From Moniliella sp. 'wahieum' (Eukaryota): a DNA stretch of 64,000 nucleotides. The stretch lies in NCBI GenBank assembly GCA_003971905.1, contig RSEE01000025.1, forward strand, positions 248,001 to 312,000, read 5' to 3'. The translations under genes were made by a program, and so were the position numbers. Positions 1 to 12,197 of this stretch are shown here, piece by piece. How positions within the stretch are numbered: the first letter of the stretch is position 1; each line of letters starts with the position of its first letter. The notes below the pieces were generated by a model that did not search any database, was not told the DNA's origin, and saw only the letters and a list, made by a program, of their open reading frames with translations.

Positions 1-256
1 ACTTGAACGTGGAGCGTTTTCTTGGGGACTTGTGGCCGTGGTCCAAATGATCCAGATGTTTGGGGATCAGATCTCAGAGCTAACCGAAACCCAGCCTCTT
101 TCTATAAACTTTGTGTCATTACCACGATGGGGAGCTCGATTCACCCATTGGTCCATGCCGCCTCCAAAGCTTCATCAGCTGCACCCTACACGAGCACATG
201 CCGAGACCAACGTCTCGTATCTGCACTACAGTAAAGACATGAAGTGGCAATCCTTA

Positions 257-884
257 TTAGAGGGTAAACGAGCGAACCATCATGATATGTGGCTGGCCCG
301 CATCATCAAAGGGCTCCCCTACTGGGGCGTAACCCAACTTCTCGTAGAATCCTTGAACTGGTATCTGAGCTCCCAGCTTGATCGTGCATACCTTGCCCTC
401 GTTTCCTGGGGCCAGGGCGGTGTACAGCCACCACTCAGCCGCTTGAACCAGAAACTTACCAGTACCGCCCTTGCGATGAGGCAATCCCACTGCGAGCCGG
501 CCTAGTTTAGCCCCGACAGCACCCGTGTTGCCAGCGGAGACGAAAGCCTTGCGGAAGCGAGCAACTACCGCCTCCTCTGTTTCAGCCGGACCCAGGGGAT
601 CAGAAGGGAGGGGCAACGGGACCGGGCGACTCTCACCCGGGTAGGGAGAGTAACGAAGCGCATCGTGCCAATGACCTTGCTGGGATCACTGGTGGCGTAC
701 AGTGCGAAATGAGCTGCCGGCTCGTCCCAACTGTCCACCTCATCCTCGGGCGAAAAGCCCTGCTCGCTCTCGAAAACACCGACACGCACATCGTAGCAGC
801 CGAGCTTATCATTAGCATCCAGCGCCAGGCGCCATGCCAGCTCAGACGGGGTGGAACGGGCTTTTTCGGAGGAGAAGAACACAT
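257..884 (-). CDS. GNAT-family acetyltransferase (ElaA/YjcF-like); frameshifted, start approximate
   Basis: ORFs 565..1185 and 257..616 join to give CYDVRVGVFESEQGFSPEDEVDSWD..HFAL..IGTMR / KLGRLAV..HRKGGTGKFLV..LGAQIPVQGFYEKLGYAPVGEPFDDAGQPHIMM, typical of ElaA/YjcF GNATs. Confidence 0.85.
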
Positions 885-1456
885 CGCTCGGAGGTTGTTG
901 GGCAGGGTGCAATGGTGGGAGGGGAGACCAGCTAGCTGTCTCCCGTCCTTCGGACGCCCCACCAGAATGACTAGGGCCGCATCTCGCATCAGCCTCTGCG
1001 ATCCTGCTAGGGAAATGCTGCATTTCACGTTGCCAATGAAATTTCACTACCAGATGGGTCCAAAAGCCACCAAGGCCATCTCCGAGATGACCTTGTCCCC
1101 AGGACTGAGGCAGAAGCGATACTTGTCCAGGCCAAACCACCACGACCCACGCCACGCAGTTTTCATCATTTCTCGTAACCATCAAAAGACGTTTCGCTCT
1201 AAAGTACTGAGGACGATGTCAAGTCATCTATTAGGTGCTTTTGGTGGCTAGAGTGTTGCGCCACATCGGACTAGCGATAAACGCGGATGAGGATGAGGAG
1301 GCGTGGCAATACGCCCATGTGTAGATTCATCTTGCTGCTAGCTGCACCAGTAACAGAGGTCAGAGCATGACCGCAAATGGGTCATGGCCATTGATAGTGA
1401 ATTAAGCGCAGCACCCTCCCGGCAGCCATTAGCCACTAGGGGTGTGCTTCAAGTTC

Positions 1457-2404
1457 TTAATACCCAGCCGCTCCAGGAGCAGCCTCGCCCTCCTTGGCCA
1501 GGGACAGGTAGAGGTCACGCATCCGAGTGTTGTCCACGGCGGCACCCTGGGAGGTTTGGCGATCGTCTTGCTCTGATCCGACTCGAGTCCTAGATATTTG
1601 TTGACCCGTTCCAAGTCGTGCCCTCAACCAAGTCCTTGTCCCGCTGTGCCAGCAACGCCGCCTCATTCTCCTGTAACCACAAGAGTTAGTCACACCTGTA
1701 TTTGCCGGTAGCGAGATGATAAAACGTACTTGTTCTTCGCGATGGTCTTTTCCTTCTTCGTATTGTATTCCTCGTAGAATGTATCGATCTCGCGCTCTGC
1801 ACGCGAGATTGTCTCGCCGCCCTTAAGCCTCTCAGCCGTTGCATTGCGAGCCGCAATGTCGTCGGCTTGTCGGGAGCGCCAGGCACGCACTGCCTCAGGC
1901 TCGCCCGCCTCATCATCATCATCGTACGGGTTGGCAGGGGCAACAGCCATAGAAGGACCCAGTTAAACTGGAACGTGTGACTCGCCACCTCTGTTCCTCG
2001 CGAGCAACTGCGCGGAGCTGATCAGCGATCGCCTGATCGAGCTCGGGGTCGTTGAAAGCAGGGAACTGGTCTTCGAACGCAGCCTTGCGGGCTGCCGTGT
2101 CGGCATCATCATCCGCAGCAAACAAGGACGCAGCCATGTCAGCTCCAGCCTGAGGCACGGCTTGGGGGAACGACGGGATCATCAAAGCCAAAACCGCTGG
2201 GATTGCACCGGAGGTTCGGGCGCGGCAGGCTCCGCAGTCAGCTCGCCATCATCGCCATAGCAGGAAGGACGAGCTCGTGTCGTCAGGCAGGGCAGGGGCC
2301 GGGGCCGGAGCGCCGACACCGAGAAGGTCGCTATCGGCAGCCAAGTCGCCGAGAGCAGCGCGCTCTCGCGCGAGGAAGTCGGCAGTGGGGTCCGTCTCAG
2401 CCAT
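1457..2404 (-). CDS. CLC1: Clathrin light chain
   Basis: [19 protein letters not shown] at the start; [57 protein letters not shown] at the end. Intron ~1671-1729 (GTACGT..CTAAC..CAG). Several indels. Confidence 0.92.
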
Positions 2405-3484
2405 GGCGGCGATGTGGGGGAGGGGGTGGTGGTGGGGCAATCAGGAAGCTGCTTCGATGTAAGCCTCAGCCTCAGGCGTTCAACCGAACCCCCTTGAGCG
2501 CGATGGCGACGGCAGTGCAACGTGGAGCAAGGGTGGCGTGCTTAGGTAATAATGCGTGGTGCAAGCCAGCAGCTGAAGATCTGATGCCGTCGCGCAGCGG
2601 AAACACTTGCTCTTCCGCGCCCGCACGTTGCTGTGCGCGGGGGGCATCCATCACCCACCATGCATCATGCATGACGCGTGACGGGACCAATTTAATGATG
2701 GCTGGCTCTTCAATTCAACGTTTTGCCTACTTCTTACAGGCAAGCCTGATAGGCGCAGCGTTCCTTTGTCCCCTTGTTTGAAGTTCTGCAAACGCCAACA
2801 TGGATTCGGAGGGGGAAGGATCACTCAGCAGATATGCGAGCCCAAAAGAAGTTTCGACAGAGCGAAGAGAGGCTCGCAATGGAATGAGAGGCAAAAGGAA
2901 AAAGCGAGAGTTGAATTAAGAACGAGAGAGAGAGTTAGTATATATATGCAACACAGAGAGGGTGGGCAACGAAGCGATGAGGAAATGAGAATAGAGACGA
3001 GAGCTCTCGGAGTCTGGAGGGAACCGGAAGCAGATGTAGATGGGGATAGATGTATTGTTCGTCCAAAGCATGAAGCCCGGAGTGGAAGTGAAGAACGGGC
3101 CGAACGATGTATTCGTCGGTGGGGTCACTTATAGATGTTGAAGATGGCCCGTGCCATATATATTGTACGTGGCAATTTTGCAGTGGTGACACCTTAGTTC
3201 AATCGTCTTGATCTGCCTCTGCCTGTATGATAGAAGGGGAAAGGGATGCGGTGCTGAGACTGTTGAGCGTTGCGGATAAAAAACTGCTGGGTCGAAACAA
3301 GAACTCGGAATAGCTGTGGTCGTGTAGGGTAAGTGAAATAAGCTAGAACCGGTCATGTTTAAATCCGCCCCATCGCACGATTTTTGACTGTGTCATCTAT
3401 ATATAAGAGCAACAAAACGTGGAAGAGCCCACATCGATTTGAGTGTGCGGGTGGACATGGTGGACATGGAATCAAGGTAAGGGT

Positions 3485-4612
3485 TCAACAAGTTATCTCC
3501 GATGCAAGCAATCTCACTGGTGCTTGGCGTTGCGCGGAGGAGTCGGCCACCTCCACTTCCTCGATGCTTTGCAGGACCGAAGGGAACGACGTAGGAGGCA
3601 CCCACCCAATGGCAGCCAAGTGTTCACTCTTTCCCAGTGAGTTGTCTGCAAACGATCCCCAAGCCTGGTCAGGATGGGGCACAGGCATCATTTAGACCAC
3701 TCGTCGTTCTGTATCTGAACAATTTCCGCAGAAGGGAGAGCACCTTGCGAATGCAGCGCAGTGGCAATGGCTTGAACCAGGTCACGCCACTTGAACACTA
3801 TTTGGAAGAGAATAATGGGCGTCAGCAAGAATATAGGTCCTTCTAAAGAGAGGAGAACGCTCACCTGGGTTTCGGCAATGAAGTACGGATTGTCTTCGGC
3901 CCCAGCTCGGTAGCCTCGAGGTGTTCAAGAACGGCAGATACGCAGTCGCAAGAACCTGAACATGAATTGCGTTCCAAACCGTTGCCCCCTCCGACGTAGA
4001 CTGCGTGACCGAGATCCAAAGCAGTGATGTAAGACGGGATCTGGATGCTAATCTGGTGGAACGGACCGGTCCCAATCCCGTAAATCAGGGGCGGAAGGAT
4101 GATGGCCGCCCGCACATTAAACTCCTTCTCAGCCGAGGGATTAGCAATCAGTTCCCGCACCTTGAGATCCACATCACGGTGAGGCGCACTTGGACTCAAG
4201 CGGTCGTCGAGGCCGGCGGCCGTCGCGTCGTGAAAGGTTAGTCATCTTTGGCAGTAAAATCTCCATGACTATCATCCACCAGCTCACCGGTACCCGATGT
4301 GTGGATGTAGACGGCCGGGCGAGCCCTTGGGAGGGAGCGCAGACCCTCGGCAATGGCCTGGGCTGAGGGAACGTGATCTGCCGTTGCAATGTGAAAGATA
4401 ATATCCACACCCGGATCCGCAGCGACAGCTTTGATCACATCAACATCGTCCAATGTCCCGCGCACAGGCTCCACCCCAAGCTCGTGTAATTTCGCAACAG
4501 CCTCCTCACGGCGCACCAAGGCTTTGATCTTGAGGTGAGGCCGGGCAGCGCGAAGGTGGGAGAAGACAGTGCCTCCGATAAATCCAAGTCCGACGAAAAA
4601 TGCGGTGGGCAT
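3485..4612 (-). CDS. NAD(P)-dependent epimerase/dehydratase-family (extended SDR) oxidoreductase
   Basis: MPTAFFVGLGFIGG Rossmann motif; YIHTSGTG; PHRDVD..IILPPLIYGIGTGPFHQISIQIP. Continues over frameshifts and an intron to ~3485. Confidence 0.85.
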
Positions 4613-5368
4613 TGTGAGCCTTGAGGGGTTCGAATGGATCTGGATGAATGGCGCGCTTGAGAGGACGATGGTGGAAGGGTTTAAGAGTTCCGGAGCGATG
4701 GATAGCAACCCCTGTGGCAACGCCGCTTGGCAGCAACCGTTATCCTTCCGCTTGCAATGCAATGGCCATTAGTAACAATCTCACCGGCGTTAAACGTCGT
4801 TAAACGTTAACAGCACATCATACGATGCAACATCTGCGTCCTGCTCAGCTGATGTCATGCATGTCATGCATCATGGTGGCGTATCGGTCTTAAATAGTCC
4901 CGTATCTCCGGGATGGCCTGTGCGCTATACCGGATGGCCCCAACTCGGAAAAGGAGTAGGAAATTGACCGAGCAGGTGACAACACCAGGGCCCGCGCCTA
5001 CACCAAGGGGAACAATGTTTTTCACAAGTTTCAATTCAGCCTTAAAGCCCGTACGCCCCCTACAACACCATCTTAAGAAAGGGATGGGTTAAGCTTTAGT
5101 TAAGGAGCACAGATTACTATTAGCAAAGAACACAGAGTCTGTGAGAAAAAGGGCCTCAATATCGAAACAATGTGTGGTGTATGTCATGGACCTTGTCACA
5201 GCAATATAGGTTGGAAAGGCGTGCGAACAGGCGAATGTTGGATTTTAGGGACGACAGTATAGTTGTAAGGACGACAATAACTGATCGATCGGAACTGTGG
5301 TGGCTGAGCGGCGACAAAAGTGAAAGAGAAGTCCGAGAGAGAAGGGTGCCCGGTAGCGACAGAGAATA

Positions 5369-7018
5369 TTAAACGAACAGGCTGGAAAACGGAGACTGGT
5401 GGGAGTTGGTACTGCGAGGGACAGGGGTAACGCGAGATGAGGGCCCGTCCATACCGACGGAAGGATCCGTGGAGAACGCGACGAGCCCATCAGCGGGTAG
5501 TGGTGCGGGCAGTGAAGGGTGGGTAGGTAGATTTTTTAGACCGTCCAAGGGAGAATGGTGATCAGGGCGGTCCGATGCCTGCAAAGGGAGAGGCTCATGC
5601 GGAATAGAGGTCGGAAATGGAGAATGGAAAGCTGGCTTGGACGGGGTAAACTTGAACCAACTATCGAATGAGGTGCCATGGGAAGAATTAGATCGGGCGG
5701 TGAAGTCCAGGAAGAAGCGGAAATGTGAGTGGGAAATGAGTCGCTGGCATCCGAAGCGCTCATAGAAAGGGATATGTTGGGGGGTTGCGAACGGTAAGGG
5801 GCATACGGGAGTGGGCCCATACTGATGGCTGGTGAGATGTTGTATGCGTCCACCCCCGTATCATCAAAACAGCTGCCGGCCTCAATCGCTTTAGAGGTAA
5901 ACAGCATTGGCATGGACTGGAAATCGATGGGCACGTCAAGCGGCTTATTGCAAGTAGGGGTGCAGGTTTGATGAAACTGTTTCCCCAAAAGGGGCATTGA
6001 GCTGAATGATGAACTCGGACTGGAGAGGGAGTTGAGAGAGGTTGAGAATGATGAAGAAGGCGACTCAAATTCCAACCCGGAGGGAAGGGGATCCGACGAA
6101 GTCCTATGATCGTTGATGTGCGGTGGAGAATGAATGAGATGCGCTGGAGATGATACCAGCATGGCAGTTGAGGTAACCGAATCAGGTGTGACTGAAAAAG
6201 CAGGGCGATCAGAGTCTATGATCCTGGTAGAAAACATGACAGATGAAGATAGTGAGGTAGAGCGGCGCACGTGAATGCTGGACATGGAGTTTTGACTTGG
6301 GCCTGACTGGGACGGATCCGTAATAAACGGTGGTGTCAAAGCACTCAGTACCGAGGTTATGGGTGCACTGTCCCGCCGTGCTGTAAAGTGGAGCATGGTA
6401 GCGGGAGAAGAATCCGGCGTATTGGGCGAGGAAATCCCCCTTATTTCGCAAAGTTTATGCCTAGAGCTTCCTTCCATTCCGGCGGGCCCAATCTGTAGCG
6501 GACCTAATGAGCGATGACAAGACGAGACGTGTGTGCTGCGACTACTTTCCACAGTACGGCGCTTTGGGCGGTACTTGTAGTTCTGATAAGCCAGCAAATG
6601 AGTCAGTACTGGCGTTTTGGTCAAACATTACTATAAAAAGACATTGACATACTGGGAAGCGGTGGCGATGGAGGGTCCGCGCCTTCTCAGCCTTGCGAAT
6701 GTACTCATCCTTGACGCTCTGAGGCTCATTTTTCCACAGCACAGAGATCTCGCGCGACATTTCAGCTTGGCGTTGTCGACTGCTCAGAACCGGGTTTCCA
6801 TCAACTTGAGAGCGTCGCTTGAGCTCCTGGCTCTTGTCAGATCGGTACAAGATCCAAGCGTTGGGGGGGCGTGGGGCCCGGTCATCCTCTCCCTTCAAGC
6901 CTTTCGCAGGAGAAAGAGGGGATTTTTTCCCAGCCACGGCCGAGCACGTGCCAGGCGAAGGGGAGCGATCGCTCTGGGATGGAAGCGAGACGGGGTGTTG
7001 AAGGTCAAATGTGGCCAT
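5369..7018 (-). CDS. Sequence-specific HMG-box transcription factor (MATA_HMG/SOX/Rox1-type) with long Ser/Pro-rich C-terminus
   Basis: PRPPNAWILYRSD..QAEMSREISVLWKNEPQSVKDEY..KAEKARTLHRHRFP|NYKYRPKRR, with an intron at ~6583-6652. C-terminal end approximate. Confidence 0.9.
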
Positions 7019-8400
7019 CGTGGTGAAGTATTATAGGGTGCAGAACAGGCTGCTTTTGGGAGGGCGGAGGCCAGTGGTGAGCCGAGGGGGTACAGGGGTA
7101 AACGGGGGGCGTAGAACACTGCCTTCGGGGAAGGTATGGCGATGGCCTGTGGGCGGGGGGTAATAATGATTAGCACGGCGGGGAGGGATGGAGATAGAGG
7201 GAGGGGGAGGAGAAAGGGAAGAAGCGAAGGTGGAAGGCGGCAAAGGAGGGGGGGAAGTGGGGATACAAGGATGGCAGACCAGTATCATAGGCTGCACAGC
7301 AAAACGGCACTAACCCCGACTAGCCCCACGCTGAAGTTCGATTTTGGGCGTGCCTTCAAAGCAGCGGAATACAAATGGCGCTGAACGTTGAACGGACGTT
7401 GAACGTCGCGTTGAATAGCCCAACATCGGTTCCCACCCTTTCCCACCCTTGCCCACCCCGCATGTGACGGTGATGAGTGTGATGTGTATGGCACCCACGT
7501 GTCAAGCGTTGGATGCCGTCACACGTCCCGTGTATCTCGCGTTCCCGAGTCACTAAAATAAGCGCCACTACTAGTATAAACTAGGCTGCCGCGCCACAGA
7601 GCCGCGCATGAGAGCAGAGCGTGCCACAGAACGTGCTGAACCTGATGCCGATGGCCAGACGAGAGATGTTGAGCCGGTACCATGTTTGGCGGTACGAAAA
7701 ACAATAACAAGAGCAAGGTGACGGCAAAAACGTTACTGTCTATATCTCTCATCGACCACTTGCTTTCCACCAAGGGAGCTGGTGACGACACTTCTTTCAG
7801 ACAAAATGGGTATGTCACCGCCCTCGAGCCGCAAAATATCCAACGCCGACCCCTCTCCATCGTACCCGATGATCCGTTTCGGGACTTACTGGAGAAAAAG
7901 AAGAAAAGTTAAAGAAGGAAACGTTGATATAGATTGAACAAAAAGCGCTTGCTACAGAGGCGGCGCTATGGAGAAGCAAGATGAGAGTTCTTTTGATGAA
8001 AATCCTCTGTTTTCCATATATTGACCTGGTGCAGAAGGAGGTCGAGGTTCTCAAGGGCGTTGGAATGTACCCTTACGTGTATATGGGTCCGTCGTTCGCT
8101 CAGTACCTTGGTTTGCCTGCGTGACGTGAGAAATGCACTTGAAGGTAGAGGATAATTCCCAGTACAATGGTTGGAGCAAAGTGGTAGATGAGATCCAAGC
8201 ATCAAGTAGGCCAACGGTAACCGAGATAGTGAGGGTATTATGCCACAAGAAAGGAAGCATGCCAGCGTAACCTTCTCGGCTCTGCACCCACACCCTGGCG
8301 TGCGTACGATGTGACGGACGAGATGCTGGGAAGACCAGGTCGGCACATCAAAGCGAACCGTGATGCAGATGGCACAATGAGCCTAGGAGTGCGTACTCAC

Positions 8401-8432
8401 AGTGGAGGTGGAGGTGGAGGTAGAGGTGAAGG
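8401..8432. repeat. (GGAGGT)n hexamer microsatellite
   Basis: gtggaggtggaggtggaggtagaggtgaagg. Confidence 0.7.
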
Positions 8433-8605
8433 TGGTGCAATCTTCGCCGAGAGGACACAGCTTAAACCGACAGAACCAAGCCGAAAAAGCGGGAAGTAGA
8501 GCTCCAAGGTGGCCAACAGCGACTGCTGACGTAATCAAAGAGCAGTCGATTGGGTTGACATCATGCCTTTGGTTTACCTGCTGCTTGCGAGAAACCATCG
8601 ACACG

Positions 8606-9344
8606 ATGGACGAAGCCGGTGGAGCGCCTGAGGCTGGGGTTGGGGCGCTGGGCTTGGTGCCAGTTGGCATGAGCCAATACGACCTACTCAGCACCGCTTT
8701 CAAGGCGCCAGAGTTTATCCAAACGTTTGGTGCTCTCACCGACCGCACTGTGCTGGACTATTTTGCCCTCTCGCCCTTCTTTGACCGTCAGAGCACCAAC
8801 CAGATGCTGCGGATGCAGGCTGTGGAACTAGTCCCTGTGGGTCGCTGGACGTCCGCAGAGGAAGCCGAGAAGCTGCGTTCCTTGTTGGCATCGAGTATAT
8901 CGTTTCCCATGCTGCCCCGCCCAGTCTCTTTGTCATTCACCGCCGCCAGCGCACCTCGCCTCATGAGACCGAGACCCAGGCGGCCTACTTTGTCTTGAAC
9001 GACGCCATCATGCAATCGCCCGACCTGTTCAACGTTCTCGGCAATCGATTAGTACGTCCCTTTTCTTCGTAGCATCAGAATTGCGACAAGGTCATCGTTG
9101 ACGGTCTTTCCCTTGTCAGACGGCGACTTACGATGCGATCTATCAATCCATGGCTGCCGCGCGCGCAGCCCAGCCTCCAATCGACCTTCGCATGTCGACT
9201 TCGACCGCTCGTGCATTTAAAGTGTACCAACCGGGGACGGACACGCCAACTGCAGCAGACGTTCCCGCAGATAATGGCGAGCCGCCCAAGCGTGCCAGCG
9301 ATGACCCTGAAGCTGGCGAAAAGCGGGTGCGGATCGCTCCCTAG
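8606..9344 (+). CDS. MED6: Mediator complex subunit Med6
   Basis: AFKAPEFIQTFGALTDRTVLDYFALSPFFDRQSTNQMLRMQ, then AYFVLNDAIMQSPDLFNVLGNRL. Intron ~9052-9119. Frameshifts present. Confidence 0.88.
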
Positions 9345-9588
9345 CTTGAAATACCCTAGCACATCTAAACTGGAGAAGACAATGACTAGGATTGGCATAG
9401 TAGTATGATTTTAGGCGACAAGAAGTCAAGGGGTAGCCATGCCTGTACTAGCGACAGCAGGCAAAGCGCCAACGCGCGGGACGGGGTCCATCAGAGCGCA
9501 ACACTACATACCAAAGGGCGCCTACAGCAGGCCTGGAAAATGCACCATGTAAACGCCAACAAGGGGAGAGACGGGCGTGATTTACTCG

Positions 9589-10158
9589 TCATCCCTCCTC
9601 CTCGTCACCACCCTCGGCAGCAGCCTTAGCGCGCTTGCGCTTCACGCGGCCCTCGCGGCCACCTCCGTACGGCGAGTTGAGAGCAAAGTCGATGTGCTTC
9701 TGGCTGTCGAGACGGACGACAAACGAAGGCACGTTGACGATCTGCTTGCCGACGCGAATGTGGCGCTGGCGGATGAGCACACGGGCATGGTGGATCGACT
9801 TGGCGAGGCCAGTCTTGAAAACCTGAGTTTGAAGACGACGCTCAAGGAAGTCTTCAACGGTGAGGGACAGCACATAGTCAAGACGCATGCGGGTTTCGTC
9901 GAGCACACCAATGCGCACAAGACGGCGAATGATGGCGTTGCCTTCGAAGAGACGCTTGGGGTCCTTCTCGTCCAGCTTCAACAGCTCACGGGCCGCACGG
10001 CGGATCTTGGAGAGGGTAAGCGAGATACGCCAGATCTCAGTCTTGTTGCGGAGACCGTACTCGCCAGCCAACTTGAGCTCCGAGTCAAGGCGGGACGCCT
10101 CAAAGGGACGACGGGGCACCTTGTACGTCTTCGACTGCTTCCTGGGAGCAAGAGGCAT
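9589..10158 (-). CDS. RPS9: 40S ribosomal protein S9 (uS4)
   Basis: Intact 189-aa [47 protein letters not shown]. Confidence 0.98.
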   Translation of the reverse strand: MPLAPRKQSKTYKVPRRPFEASRLDSELKLAGEYGLRNKTEIWRISLTLSKIRRAARELLKLDEKDPKRLFEGNAIIRRLVRIGVLDETRMRLDYVLSLTVEDFLERRLQTQVFKTGLAKSIHHARVLIRQRHIRVGKQIVNVPSFVVRLDSQKHIDFALNSPYGGGREGRVKRKRAKAAAEGGDEEEG

Positions 10159-10704
10159 GGTACTTCCGAAGAGTAAAGTGTGTTAGACCTCGCTCGCGAG
10201 CGTGACGCGAGGTTGAGCTAAAGGGATGCTTACCTTAAATTTGGCGGCGGGGACCGATGTCGACAAGAGCAGCACGACGAAGGTGCCGACGAAGGGGAGG
10301 CCGGCTGACAGCAACCCTACATGTGCGTCCTGCACTACGGATGACCACGACCGCAGTGTGGCCTCGCGAAAATTAAAACAGTGCCTCAGTGCTAAAGCAT
10401 CTGCAGCTAACCGCAATATTTGCCGCACACTGGTATCGTGCGACTAATCGCTGCCCGCAGCACCACCCACCCCAACCCTAGACCACACCATTTCGGATTG
10501 TTTTGTGCTCTCTTACATCTCATCCTGGCTGGCCTTCTCACCAACGAGGTCATCAAACAACTGTAGGTGCGTATCAGCGCCCGCCTGAGCGAGCGGTTGG
10601 CTTCGGACCATGCGACCCGCCATGTCTCCCTTTGCCAACCGCGCCTGAGAGGAACTTGAGGCGAGCGGGAGGACTGACCTGTTCTGTTGACGTTAGAAAC
10701 CGCC
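10159..10704. promoter_or_regulatory. Bidirectional RPS9/RPL21 promoter with two 5'-UTR introns and a telo-box-like CCAACCCTAG (10472-10481)
   Basis: Head-to-head ribosomal protein genes. Predicted introns 10163-10233 (minus) and 10567-10696 (plus). Confidence 0.7.
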
Positions 10705-11185
10705 ATGCCTCACTCATTCGGTTACCGGGCGCGCACGCGCGACCTCTTCAAGCGCGGTTTCCGCCAGCACGGCCAGATCCCCCTCTCGACCTACCTGCGG
10801 CCCTACCACGTTGGTGACATCGTCGACATCAAGGCGAACGGTGCCATTCAGAAGGGTATGCCCCATAAGTACTACCACGGCCGCACCGGTGTGGTCTACA
10901 ACGTGGCCCCCCGCGCTGGGTGTGATCATTTACAAGATTGTCGGTGGTCGCTACATGGAGAAGCGCGTGAATGTGCGTATTGAGCACGTCAAGCACTCCA
11001 AGTGCCGTGACGACTTCCTCGCCCGCGTCAAGTCCAACGCAGAGAAGAAGCGCATCGCTAAGGAGGCTGGCGAGACGTTCGACCTCAAGCGCCGTCCTGC
11101 TCTTCCTCGTGACGCCCGTGTCATCAAGACGGAGGACAACCTCCCCGAGACTCTTGCCCCCATCGCGTACGACACTTACATCTAA
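10705..11185 (+). CDS. RPL21: 60S ribosomal protein L21 (eL21)
   Basis: [32 protein letters not shown] / [35 protein letters not shown]. One apparent 2-nt deletion near 10918. Confidence 0.97.
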
Positions 11186-11916
11186 TGGTGTTCATGTCGC
11201 GATTTTCTGCTGGCCTGGGATGTGTACCGGGCCTGTCTCCCAAAATACCATGCGTGTGGTTTGTCTTGGCCTTGGGCTGGGACGCATGCTTGTCGAAGGG
11301 CTTGGCAGCCCTATCTGACAGCCTATGCACTTGTACCCATATACATATGTGCACTCACCTCCTATGGGACGCGTCATGTCGCTGTTGCAGTCGGACACAG
11401 CTGGTGAAAGGGTCGGCAGTGGGCAAGGGAGGGCGGCCTGTAGTAATGTAGTCCAGTCTTCGTTGGCCACACCCCACACCGGTGAAAAGGAAGGTTGAGT
11501 GCTGCCTGTATCCGAGGCCGGGATGCGTCAGGCGCGGCTCGGCAGTCTCGGCAGTGGCGAAAGGTGGCGAGGCGCGAGGCCGGAGTGCGTGAGGGGCGAA
11601 GGTGCCATGGCGCAGGCCTACTATGTGTGGACAGTGGCGGTGTGCTGAGATCCAGTGTTTAGTTCGCCACGCGCCACGGCAGGAGTGTACGCCCGGCTGG
11701 CCGAGTGCGCGCACGCGCAGTGGGCGACCACTGCTACACACGCGACCACCTGGGCAGTGTGTGGGTGTCGAGCGGCTGGGGGGCCTGGTTGAGGGGGGGC
11801 GCGGGGGCAGTGCTGGGCAGCCCATGTCACGTGTCAGAGGCCAGCTGATTTGGCTAGGGCTTGTGGTTGCGGTGCAGCGTGGCTAACCCAGTGGCCGGCG
11901 CTCCTCGATGCGAGCA

Positions 11917-11945
11917 TCGAGCAGAGCAGAGCAGAGCAGAGCAGC
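11917..11945. repeat. (GCAGA)n pentamer microsatellite
   Basis: gagcagagcagagcagagcagagcagc. Confidence 0.75.
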
Positions 11946-12197
11946 CGCCGCGCCCCCATCAGCACCAGCACCCGCACCCGCAGCTGCGCTTGCACCCCCA
12001 CGTCATTGCCATCTCCCGCCTCCCATCCCCCTTGCCCTGTCCCCCCACCCGCCTCCGCCTGCCCATCTGTCACCACTGCGCGCTTCGACGCGACGGCGAT
12101 GAGCGCTGCCCCGACACCGGCCTAAGCACGCTCAGACACGACATATTGTGCTGCCCTCTCCTATCTGTTGATTCCCCCCTGTCCTCCCCAACCCGCT

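Noticed and set aside
9577..10176. 199-aa antisense ORF over RPS9, and similar antisense ORFs over PP2A-A, GH5 and GPD1
   Set aside because: Expected shadow of GC-rich codon bias in strongly expressed genes; no recognisable motifs.
10900..10930. Programmed frameshift in RPL21 or other genes
   Set aside because: No slippery site or stimulatory structure, and indels occur in nearly every gene, consistent with assembly error.
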